Assembly (NCBI GenBank): GCA_963699315.1
Contig: OY969433.1
Coordinates: 767,579 to 831,578, forward strand
DNA length: 64,000 bases
From: an uncultured Chloroflexia bacterium
GTDB taxonomy: Bacteria > Chloroflexota > Ktedonobacteria > Ktedonobacterales > Ktedonobacteraceae
Direction: 5' to 3'
Part shown: piece after piece, positions 47,032 to 55,733 of the stretch
How positions within the stretch are numbered: the stretch's first letter is position 1
How the letters are laid out: each line of letters opens with the position of its first letter
Position numbers and translations under genes: made by a program
The notes under the pieces: model-generated
The model's input: only the letters and a program-made list of their open reading frames with translations
Databases searched by the model: none
What the model was told of the DNA's origin: nothing

Positions 47032-48165
47032 TTATGAATGATGAGGGGTGATAGAATTGGAGACAAACTGCTTTACCACCTGAATGATATGCTGAATTTG
47101 GTGTTCAGTAAGTTCGGGATACATTGGTAGGGAGACAATACGTGTCGCAACTGCTTCAGTGACAGGCAACATACCCGGCTTATATCCATAGTCAGCACAC
47201 GCAGGCTGTAAATGAATCGGTGTCGGATAATGGATATTTGTACCAATTCCTTCTTCCTCAAGGACTGAACGAAAACGTTCGCGTTCAGAAACCTGCACCA
47301 CATAATAACAATACACATGGGTAGCCCAGGATTTCACTACTGGTACCGCAGCAACGACATCACGCAAGTGTTCAGTATACATCTCAGCATGAGCCTGACG
47401 CGCTGCATTCCAGCGCTCAAGGTAAGGCATCTTCACAAGTAAGACGGCCGCCTGTAGCTCATCCAGACGAGCATTTGAGCCCATAATTTCGTGGAGATAA
47501 CGTACACGCGAACCATGATCACGCAACATCCACATCTTCTCAGCCAGAGCAAGATCGCTGGTCGTACAAATGCCAGCTTCACCAAAAGCACCCAGATTCT
47601 TACTAAAATAAAGACTAAAACAAGCGATATCTCCAAAAGAGCCGACTCGCTGTCCCTTATAAGTGGCTCCATGAGCCTGAGACGCATCCTCAATCACACG
47701 TAGCTCATGCTCGCGAGCAAAATCCATAACAGGCTTCATCTCCACAGCATGTCCATAGAGATGCACAGGGATGATAGCACGCGTGCGAGGAGTTACTACC
47801 TGTTCAAGTTGCCGCCAATCCATCAGATACGTCTCGGGATCAATATCCACAAACACAGGATGAGCTCCTACCGCTGCGATAGCTTCGACAGTAGCAATAA
47901 AGGTATTTGATACTGTGATAACCGCGTCACCAGGTCCAATATCACAAGCACGTAGTGCAAGTTCTAGAGCCGTCGTACCAGAAGAGGTTCCTACCCCATA
48001 ACGGCAGCCACAATACGTAGCAAACTCCTGCTCAAATGCCCTCTGACGAGGGCCCTGGAACAATTGCATACCTTCAAGAACCTCTTCAAAAGCCAGCATG
48101 ATTTCAGGCTTTAAAGCAAAATATTGCGCTCGTAAATCAACGAGAGGTATATATTCAGATGACAT
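47032..48165 (-). CDS. DegT/DnrJ/EryC1/StrS PLP-dependent sugar aminotransferase (WbpE-like)
   Basis: AGGAG RBS is present. Blocks are typical of the family: SGTTALELAL, EDASQAHGA and FSLYFSKNLGAFGEAG (PLP-Lys region). Confidence 0.88.
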   Translation of the reverse strand: MSSEYIPLVDLRAQYFALKPEIMLAFEEVLEGMQLFQGPRQRAFEQEFATYCGCRYGVGTSSGTTALELALRACDIGPGDAVITVSNTFIATVEAIAAVGAHPVFVDIDPETYLMDWRQLEQVVTPRTRAIIPVHLYGHAVEMKPVMDFAREHELRVIEDASQAHGATYKGQRVGSFGDIACFSLYFSKNLGAFGEAGICTTSDLALAEKMWMLRDHGSRVRYLHEIMGSNARLDELQAAVLLVKMPYLERWNAARQAHAEMYTEHLRDVVAAVPVVKSWATHVYCYYVVQVSERERFRSVLEEEGIGTNIHYPTPIHLQPACADYGYKPGMLPVTEAVATRIVSLPMYPELTEHQIQHIIQVVKQFVSNSITPHHS

Positions 48166-48562
48166 GACGATTTCCGCTCCTTTAACACGTACAGAATTTT
48201 ATTACATATTTTTTTGATGTACTATATAACACCTAAAATGAACATACTTACCGGCTATACCCATCTATTACTATAGATTTATGTTCACATAATATCAAAT
48301 ATAAGTGCTGGCAAGATGACTATATGGGTGTTAGATAGGTGATTGTGACACTAAACAGTAAAGAATAGACAACCATAGATGCATTTTTATATAAAGCAGG
48401 CCTGATATTTCCATCACTTATTTCCTGGCTATTTACCATATCTCCATGAAAATACTCACCTATTATGCACCTTCGTCGTCTACTATTGAAATCAGGAAGA
48501 ACAGAGAGGGGGAAACATCGAGTGTTTTTCCCTCATGGTTGCATTTTTTATGGAGGGGTATT

Positions 48563-49237
48563 ATGATTGTTCAATCGACGCCAGTCCGAACGATCAGCAT
48601 CGATACGGGCTACCTGAAAGCAAAACGTATACTCGACATCACATTTACGCTTCTCATCGCACCTCTAGTTATTTTGGTTGGTATTGTTGTGGCAATATGT
48701 ATTAAACTTACATCGAAAGGCCCTATCTTTTTTCATCAGAAACGTATTGGTCAAGATGGGGCTGTGTTCGAAATGCTTAAATTTCGCTCTATGTATGTCG
48801 ATAGTGATCAAGTGGCTCATCGTGAAAAAATCCTCCAATATATGCATGGACAAAAACTAAACGCAGATGATGCAGAGAGTTTGTCATATAAGGATGTCCA
48901 TGATTCACGTATCACCAGGGTCGGCCGCTTTATTCGTAAAACAAGCCTGGATGAAATTCCACAATTCTGGAACGTTTTTAGAGGCCAAATGACTCTGGTA
49001 GGGCCGCGTCCTCCTATGCCATACGAAGTGGAACTCTATACATCTCATGAGTGGCTACGCATGGTCGGAAAACCTGGGTTGACTGGAACATGGCAAGTTT
49101 ATGGCCGCTCACGTGTCACTTTTCAGAGTATGGTCGAGATGGATATTGACTATCTTGAACATCAATCGATAGTAACTGATCTCAAACTTATCTTTTTAAC
49201 GGTTCCGGTAATGATCTTCGCACGTGGTGGCGCATAA
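48563..49237 (+). CDS. Small bacterial sugar transferase (polyprenyl-phosphate phosphoglycosyl transferase, PglC/EpsL type)
   Basis: ATG 48563 lies behind GGAGGGG. It has one N-terminal helix, then KGPIFFHQKRIG, DEIPQFWNVFRGQMTLVGPRPP. Confidence 0.88.
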   Translation: MIVQSTPVRTISIDTGYLKAKRILDITFTLLIAPLVILVGIVVAICIKLTSKGPIFFHQKRIGQDGAVFEMLKFRSMYVDSDQVAHREKILQYMHGQKLNADDAESLSYKDVHDSRITRVGRFIRKTSLDEIPQFWNVFRGQMTLVGPRPPMPYEVELYTSHEWLRMVGKPGLTGTWQVYGRSRVTFQSMVEMDIDYLEHQSIVTDLKLIFLTVPVMIFARGGA

Positions 49238-49262
49238 ACACAATATAGTTATATATATAAAT

Positions 49263-49312
49263 ATAAACGAAACAACCGCTTGACCAGGCATGGAAGCAGT
49301 TGTTTCGTTTAT
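49263..49312. terminator. Hairpin between convergent sugar-transferase and response-regulator genes (14-bp stem, 22-nt loop)
   Basis: ataaacgaaacaac (49263-49276) pairs with gttgtttcgtttat (49299-49312). Confidence 0.65.
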
Positions 49313-49397
49313 ACCAATAAAGAACTATGACCTTTGAGGTAAGAACATAATGAACAAATTATCGATCATCAAAAGCGCGATCGAGGAAACGAATATA

Positions 49398-50126
49398 TCA
49401 GACAGACGCTACACGTAAAGGTCGGATATTTTCGTCATTATTTGAACGGCGAATAAGCGTATAGCCTACGCCAGGAATAGTCAGAATATAATAGGGGTTG
49501 CCAGGATTCGGTTCTATTTTCTGACGAAGATGTCGAATATGGGCTTTAATTAAGCCAGAGTCACCATCACCCTCGTAGCCCCAGACATGGGTAACGATCT
49601 GGCCCGCTGTGCACACATCATTTGCATTAACGGCTAAAAGATGCAACATTTTGCTTTCAGTAGGTGTCAGACGTGCTTCCTTACCATCAACAGTCACGGC
49701 ATTATGTAAAGAATCGACGCAGATCGGTCCAACATGAATGAGAGAAGAAGGCCGACATTCCAAGGTGTTACGAGATCTACGGCTGACCGCACGAATACGG
49801 GCCAATAATTGAGAGGGAAAGAAAGGTTTACGCAAATAATCATCTGCGCCTGACTCCAAGCAACGCACCTCATCGTGTACATCTTTTCCATCAGTAACCA
49901 CGACAGTAAGCGCATCATGTACCATACGTAAATCGCGACACAGACTTAACATATCAACATCTTTCAACACAGTATCCATAATGACAAGATCTGGTCGCTG
50001 CTCTAGCCATTCAGCTTTAGCCCGCTCAGCTGTATAAGCCCTATGCACCTCATAACCGAGCGTCTTCAACCAGCTTGTAAGCATCTCAACCAGATCCCGA
50101 TCACTATCAATAACCAATAGCTTCAT
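49398..50126 (-). CDS. OmpR/PhoB-family response regulator (receiver plus winged-helix)
   Basis: The receiver is MKLLVIDSD...DLVIMD. The C-terminal wHTH is LTPTESKMLHLL...GVGYTLIR. No histidine kinase gene lies in the window. Confidence 0.9.
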   Translation of the reverse strand: MKLLVIDSDRDLVEMLTSWLKTLGYEVHRAYTAERAKAEWLEQRPDLVIMDTVLKDVDMLSLCRDLRMVHDALTVVVTDGKDVHDEVRCLESGADDYLRKPFFPSQLLARIRAVSRRSRNTLECRPSSLIHVGPICVDSLHNAVTVDGKEARLTPTESKMLHLLAVNANDVCTAGQIVTHVWGYEGDGDSGLIKAHIRHLRQKIEPNPGNPYYILTIPGVGYTLIRRSNNDENIRPLRVASV

Positions 50127-51025
50127 CGTTTCGCCTCCCAGATCCTTTATCGCCTATGCACCTTCTAATAATTACCCTAAAAGGGGGGTATATCAAGAAT
50201 GTTACAAAAACAATCACAACACGATAAAACAGTTCGCCCCTACTACATAGCAATTCCCAACCTAGTTATACCGTTCAAAACGGAACAGATAACTTCTTTT
50301 CTTGGCATTAGTATGTGATGAATTTGCAACTGATAGACTATCGTAGATAACAAACGCATCCATTGCATCAGTATATACACAGAATAGACGCTGGTAGAAG
50401 AGGTATTTATCACATCTCTTCTACTATGAATAATTTCCCCCTCATTAATAAAGTATTTACTAAAAAATGCAGGTGAATCATCTTGTTTCTAGTGCAGAAG
50501 AGTGAAGATTTCTGTATTACAACACACATTGCCGATTGGTATTTCCTTCATGATGAAAGTTTTGCCAATAAAGCAAGCAAAGAAACATATATTGTAGGCG
50601 CTCATATTGTTGTAGAATATGAAAAATCATAAGAATCTATTAGATTTTGCGCACTGCCTGATAAAGACTATACCCCATCAGCTTTTAAATTTCAATGTAT
50701 GTATATGGTAATTTCTCACAATATGCATAGCATATATACCATCAACTCTTTTCTCAATAATTAAGTAGAAAGCCTTTCACACAGTAAAAACCCACGTTCG
50801 TAGCACGAAACCAAAAGTATCATTCGAAGAATTTTGAATTCAGGCGCAAGTCTGGAGATTTGATCAGGAGATACTACGGGCATAAATATCTTTTGCTAAA
50901 CAAATAAAAAGATTGCCCGTACTATATGAGTATGAAAGGCGTAATATTTAGTACAAAAGTTCTTACGCAGAACAAAATCATAAGATGTATAAAATAAACA
51001 TCATTTTTTCTCTATGTAGAAAACA

Positions 51026-51472
51026 TTACATAGTGAATAACACCCCCACACAGATACCAAGGATGCCACCAACAAAAACTTGTATTGGTGTATGGCCTAT
51101 CAGCTCGCGTAACCGTTTCTCGGCCATAGGACTTCCCTGGAAGGCTTCTTCAATCATTTGATTAAGGATACGTGCCTGGATACTTACCGCACGGCGCACA
51201 CCAGCAGCATCATACATAACAATACCAGCCAGCACAACAGCGATAGCAAAGTCAGCAGACTGGATACCAAGCTTACGTCCAGCAGCTGTAGCCAAACCAG
51301 TCACAAGGGCTGAATGGGAACTAGGCATCCCACCTGAAGAGACAAGACGGCTAAGAGACAATCTGCGCTGCTTAAATAGCTCAAGGATAGTCTTGCTTAC
51401 CTGCGCAATTGCCCAAGCCATAAAGGCTGCCAGCAAAACGCGATTATCAAAGATAGTTGTATTATTTATCAT
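51026..51472 (-). CDS. Divergent PAP2 / DUF212 (YuiD-like) membrane protein
   Basis: The block GGMPSSHSALVTGLATAAG is typical of the acid phosphatase/vanadium-haloperoxidase-related DUF212 family. Confidence 0.82.
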   Translation of the reverse strand: MINNTTIFDNRVLLAAFMAWAIAQVSKTILELFKQRRLSLSRLVSSGGMPSSHSALVTGLATAAGRKLGIQSADFAIAVVLAGIVMYDAAGVRRAVSIQARILNQMIEEAFQGSPMAEKRLRELIGHTPIQVFVGGILGICVGVLFTM

Positions 51473-51495
51473 AACGTTTGCAGTAAAACTCCCTT

Positions 51496-51720
51496 TTACA
51501 GCTCAAGTGGTGAAACAGAGAGTGTATCAGAACCCTCATTCACACTAAGTTGCTGCACTGAAAGCTCTGCCTTCTGCAAAAGTTCGTTGCAGTACTGTGC
51601 CAGTTGCATGCCATTCTGATACTGGTGTAATGCCTGTTCTAAAGGGACCTTCCCTTCTTGTAATGCGGTAATTGAGGCTTCGAGCTGTTCAAATGCTTCT
51701 TCAAATGTTAACGTTTCCAT
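51496..51720 (-). CDS. xseB: Exodeoxyribonuclease VII small subunit
   Basis: This 74-aa helical protein (FEEAFEQLEASITALQEGKVPLEQAL) lies directly downstream of xseA. Confidence 0.9.
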   Translation of the reverse strand: METLTFEEAFEQLEASITALQEGKVPLEQALHQYQNGMQLAQYCNELLQKAELSVQQLSVNEGSDTLSVSPLEL

Positions 51721-51741
51721 CTTCTTCCCCCAAATCGTTCC

Positions 51742-52986
51742 TTAGGTCAGACGTAATGTTGGACGTACCTCTACAGGTATCTGCCCATCTTGAACTTGAA
51801 TAGTTAGTGAGTCACCAGCTTGAACTTGTCGAACACTTGTGACAATTACTTGATTCTGTTGTTGTCGCACAACCGTGTAACCACGAGCAATAGTTAAGAG
51901 CGGACTTAACGAGTGTAGTTGTAGGCTTGCTCCACGCAATCGCTCAGCACGTAAAGTCAATACATGCTGGAAAGAAATTTGCAATCTATCTGTGTATTCA
52001 TCAAGTTGCTGCCTACGTTGTACAATCATATGCTGTGGGCTAAGGCGCTGTAAATCATGTGTGCGATAGGCCAGTTGCTCAGCAAGATCCTCAAGCCTGG
52101 CCGCCATTAAAGCAGACAAAATTTGCTGCTTTTCCAGAATATCTGTGTACCAATCTGTAATATCTGGCACAGCGGCCGTTGCGGCAGCCGTTGGTGTAGA
52201 AGCTCGATGATCGGCAACAAAATCAGCGATGGTGAAATCTGTTTCGTGCCCAACGCCACTAATAACAGGAATACGAGAACGAGCAATCGCCCGTGCCACC
52301 ACCTCTTCATTGAAGGCCCAGAGCTCTTCAATCGAACCACCGCCGCGACCAACAATCACCACATCTGCCTCGCCATGTTCATTGAGGAGATCCAGGGCAG
52401 CCGCAATGGAGGCAGGCGCTTCAGCACCTTGTACCAGCGCAGGCGAAAGAATGACACGAGCTAATGGATAGCGATTGCGCAATGTGCGCACGATATCGCG
52501 TAACGCCGCCGCTTGAGGAGAGGTAACAATTCCAATGACCGCAGGTTGTTCAGGTAGCGGGCGTTTACGGTCAGGAGCAAAGAGCCCCTCTGCCTCTAAT
52601 TGTGCTTTTAATTGTTCAAACCGACGAAAGAGAGCCCCTTCCCCAAGAGGCATAACCTCATCGACATAGAACTGTAACTTTCCATCACGTTCATAAAATG
52701 AAACGCGGCCATTGACAGCCAGCGCCATACCATCCCGCAACGCCGGAGCAGAAGTACGCAAGCGTGCAGACTTAAAAAAAACACAGGATATCTGAGCCTC
52801 CCCCTCCTTCAATGTAAAATAGCAATGGCCTGAGGGATATGTTTTACAGTTCGAGACCTCACCATGGACCCAAACATTTTGCAAGATATCATTTGTCTCT
52901 AACAACTCTTTGAGATAGAGAGAGAGTACTGAGACACTAATTGCAGATGGGGTACCAAGGGTGTCTAGAAGAGGCATAGAACTCAT
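51742..52986 (-). CDS. xseA: Exodeoxyribonuclease VII large subunit
   Basis: It has the OB-fold N-terminus (VWVHGEVSNCKTYPSGHCYFTLKE), VGRGGGSIEELWAFNEE and GHETDFTIADFVAD. Its ATG overlaps the upstream TGA (ATGA) and follows GAGGAGG. Confidence 0.92.
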   Translation of the reverse strand: MSSMPLLDTLGTPSAISVSVLSLYLKELLETNDILQNVWVHGEVSNCKTYPSGHCYFTLKEGEAQISCVFFKSARLRTSAPALRDGMALAVNGRVSFYERDGKLQFYVDEVMPLGEGALFRRFEQLKAQLEAEGLFAPDRKRPLPEQPAVIGIVTSPQAAALRDIVRTLRNRYPLARVILSPALVQGAEAPASIAAALDLLNEHGEADVVIVGRGGGSIEELWAFNEEVVARAIARSRIPVISGVGHETDFTIADFVADHRASTPTAAATAAVPDITDWYTDILEKQQILSALMAARLEDLAEQLAYRTHDLQRLSPQHMIVQRRQQLDEYTDRLQISFQHVLTLRAERLRGASLQLHSLSPLLTIARGYTVVRQQQNQVIVTSVRQVQAGDSLTIQVQDGQIPVEVRPTLRLT

Positions 52987-53513
52987 GCCTCCTCTGAACT
53001 ATCGATGACCACCAACGGCTGTCCATATTCGACGGGTTGCCCATCCTGAGCTAGAATTTCAACAACGTTTCCGGCAATAGTACTTTCAACTTCATTTAGG
53101 ACATTTAATGATTGAATCGTGCCTACCAATTGACCAACCCGGATATGATCACCAAGAGCAATCGCAGGAGCGCCCTTAGGTTTTCCCCAGGTATGAAAAA
53201 CACCTACCAGCGGAGCAATAATCGTATGTTTCGCATCGGCAGTGCCTATTTCCGAGGAAGACCCTGAACTGTTGGACTCCCCAGCCATGAGGACTGAATA
53301 TCCGCTGGCTTCGCTGCCTATTTGCACTTTAGCCTTACGCAGCACTAAGTGCATCCCCTCATGGGCTCGCTTCACCTCTATTTCAGAGACATCGCTCTCA
53401 TCAAGCAGCTGTACCAGGCGTCGCAACTGCCCAACGCTCACCTGTTGAGCAGAAGAGGTATCTTCTTCGACGTCTGTTTTAACTTTATAAGGATACTGAT
53501 TGTTGTAGTTCAT
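52983..53513 (-). CDS. BCCP-like biotinyl/lipoyl-domain protein lacking the canonical biotinyl-lysine
   Basis: The C-terminal 75 aa align with AccB (APLVGVFH...GQPVEYGQPLVVI), but the EAMKM hairpin reads QSLNVL. The start is ATG 53513 (GGAG 8 nt upstream) or 53525. Confidence 0.8.
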   Translation of the reverse strand: MNYNNQYPYKVKTDVEEDTSSAQQVSVGQLRRLVQLLDESDVSEIEVKRAHEGMHLVLRKAKVQIGSEASGYSVLMAGESNSSGSSSEIGTADAKHTIIAPLVGVFHTWGKPKGAPAIALGDHIRVGQLVGTIQSLNVLNEVESTIAGNVVEILAQDGQPVEYGQPLVVIDSSEEA

Positions 53514-53595
53514 AGAAGACTCCATATACGCTCTATTTTTTCGAGCAGGCCTGGACGGCCATACTCGAAAAGAGATATGGAACACACATGTGTTC

Positions 53596-54153
53596 CTATG
53601 CACGCTCTACATAGGCTCCAGTGGTGGTGTTGACACGAATAAGATCACCAGTAGAGACAAACAACGGGACGTGTACAACCAGACCAGTTTCAGTGGTAGC
53701 AGATTTCGTGCCACCAGTAGCGGTATCACCCTTGAAACCTGGTTCGGCATATGCCACACGCAACACAAGCTTCTCAGGCAATTCAACCGACAAAGGCTCT
53801 TCATTATAGCTTACGATATCCAATTCCAGGTTATCGATCAGATAGTCCTTCGCCTCACCCAGCTGAGCTTCAGTCAAAACAACATCATCGTACGAGCGGG
53901 TATCCATAAAATGGTATTGCTCACCCTCTTGATATTGATATGTCACCGTAGCACGGTCCAGAAAAACACGCTTGAACTTATCACCTGCATCACACGTACG
54001 ATCAACGATAGAACTGGAGCGGAGATTACGGAGCTTCATGCGTACAATAGCCCCACCGCGCCCAATTTTCACATGCTGCCATTCAATAAGGGAGCAGATC
54101 TGTCCCTCAAACTCAATAGTCACACCTTTTTTCAAATCGCCAGTTGATATCAT
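53596..54153 (-). CDS. efp: Elongation factor P
   Basis: At 185 aa it is close by eye to Bacillus EF-P (MIS..D...G..IE, KLRNLR, GDTATGGTKSATTETG). The loop reads HVKIGRGGA. Confidence 0.95.
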   Translation of the reverse strand: MISTGDLKKGVTIEFEGQICSLIEWQHVKIGRGGAIVRMKLRNLRSSSIVDRTCDAGDKFKRVFLDRATVTYQYQEGEQYHFMDTRSYDDVVLTEAQLGEAKDYLIDNLELDIVSYNEEPLSVELPEKLVLRVAYAEPGFKGDTATGGTKSATTETGLVVHVPLFVSTGDLIRVNTTTGAYVERA

Positions 54154-54167
54154 ATAAGGACACTCCT

Positions 54168-55268
54168 TTAACGTGGGATCACCAATTCAGTTGGTGATTG
54201 TGTTAATATTTCAACACTATCTTCTTTTACCAATACACAATCCTCTACACGTGTACCAGTCCAACCAGGGATATACACACCTGGTTCAACAGTCACGACA
54301 CAGCCCACCGGCAATTTGAAATTCTCAGGGGCACGTTGTGCAAGGGAGGGATGCTCATGAATCTCAAGGCCAACCCCATGACCAGTAGAATGGATATAAT
54401 ATTCAGCGAGACCGGCATCCGCCAGCACATCACGAGCCAGGGCATCTGCCTCACGTCCTGTAAGGCCAGCACGTAACTGTTGTTCACACGTCTTCATAGC
54501 CTTCAATACCGCCGCATAGACCTCTTTCATGCGAGGCTCGGCAGGCTCGCCAAGACAGATTGTTCGCGTCATATCTGCACAGTAGCCTTTATAGCGTGCG
54601 CCCATATCAATGGTGATCAACTCTCCAAGCTGAATGCGACGCTCACTCGGAATAGCATGGGGCATTGAACCATTTGGACCAGAAGCGACAATAGAATCAA
54701 AGGAGGTACTATCAGCACCCAGTTCGACCATCTTACGCGCGATCTCTAATGCAACGGCTTTCTCAGTCATTCCAGCCTGAATCCACTGACAGAGATGAGC
54801 AAATGTCTCATCCGTAATAGCAATAGCCCGTCGTAATGCTTCCATTTCGTAAGGCTGCTTAATATAGCGCAATTGCTCTACGATATTCTCATCAAAAGGC
54901 TGTAACGTAAAAATACCTTCACCAGCCTGTCGAATTTGCTCATAGGTAGCATAGCGAATAACAGGAGATTCAAAACCAATCTTCTTCCAACCATGCTCCT
55001 GACCCAAATGAGCAATAGTGTCCGCAATTTTACGGCCTGTAGGGATGACCACATTCCATCCAGGCGATTGCCGCCCAGCAACTTCGGCATACAAATGATT
55101 TGTCAAAAGGAATTGCTGCTGCGCACTTACCAGGAGAATATTCGCACCTTCCTCATCATTCAGCCAGCCACTCAAATATGAGGCACTCTGGGGTTGCATC
55201 ACGCAAAATACGTCGATACCTTGTTCCGCGATCCATGCCCGAAATTGTTGTATGCGCTCTTGACTCAT
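54168..55268 (-). CDS. M24-family Xaa-Pro aminopeptidase (YqhT/PepP-like)
   Basis: It has a creatinase-like N-domain and pita-bread metal ligands (DMGARYKGYCADMTR, HSTGHGVGLEIHE, EPGVY). Confidence 0.9.
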   Translation of the reverse strand: MSQERIQQFRAWIAEQGIDVFCVMQPQSASYLSGWLNDEEGANILLVSAQQQFLLTNHLYAEVAGRQSPGWNVVIPTGRKIADTIAHLGQEHGWKKIGFESPVIRYATYEQIRQAGEGIFTLQPFDENIVEQLRYIKQPYEMEALRRAIAITDETFAHLCQWIQAGMTEKAVALEIARKMVELGADSTSFDSIVASGPNGSMPHAIPSERRIQLGELITIDMGARYKGYCADMTRTICLGEPAEPRMKEVYAAVLKAMKTCEQQLRAGLTGREADALARDVLADAGLAEYYIHSTGHGVGLEIHEHPSLAQRAPENFKLPVGCVVTVEPGVYIPGWTGTRVEDCVLVKEDSVEILTQSPTELVIPR

Positions 55269-55286
55269 AGCAATATCTCCTTCTAT

Positions 55287-55727
55287 TTACTCGTTTATCA
55301 GGGCTGTCAATGCTTCTAGAGCCAGAACGTAGCCACGCCAACCAAGGCCAGCTATCTGTCCTCGACAGACCGGAGCAATTACCGAATGATGTCGAAACTC
55401 CTCGCGTGCATAGACATTACTTAAATGAACCTCGATTGTTGGAAGCCGAGCATCAGCAATGGCATCGCGTATAGCAATCGAATAATGAGTAAAGGCTCCC
55501 GGATTCATCACAATACCAGCCGAGTGCTCACGGTGCTGTTGAATGTAATCGATCAAAGCGCCCTCATAATTTGACTGAAAACAGTCCGCACTTACCCCTA
55601 AAGTCGCAGCACGCTGACGAACCGCATCATGGATTTGTTCCAGGGTCATCGTACCATAAATAGCGGCTTCACGCGTCGTCCCCAACATATTAAGGTTGGG
55701 GCCACTTAAAATGAGGAAATTAAGCAT
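55287..55727 (-). CDS. aroQ: Type II 3-dehydroquinate dehydratase
   Basis: This 146-aa protein has LSGPNLNMLG, INPGAFTHYSIAIRDA and EVHLSNV. Confidence 0.93.
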   Translation of the reverse strand: MLNFLILSGPNLNMLGTTREAAIYGTMTLEQIHDAVRQRAATLGVSADCFQSNYEGALIDYIQQHREHSAGIVMNPGAFTHYSIAIRDAIADARLPTIEVHLSNVYAREEFRHHSVIAPVCRGQIAGLGWRGYVLALEALTALINE

Positions 55728-55733
55728 GCACTT

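Noticed and set aside
53590-54147. 185-aa plus-strand ORF exactly mirroring efp.
   Set aside because: It is antisense to a gene with unmistakable EF-P homology. It has no motifs, its composition is typical of an antisense frame, and it has no RBS.
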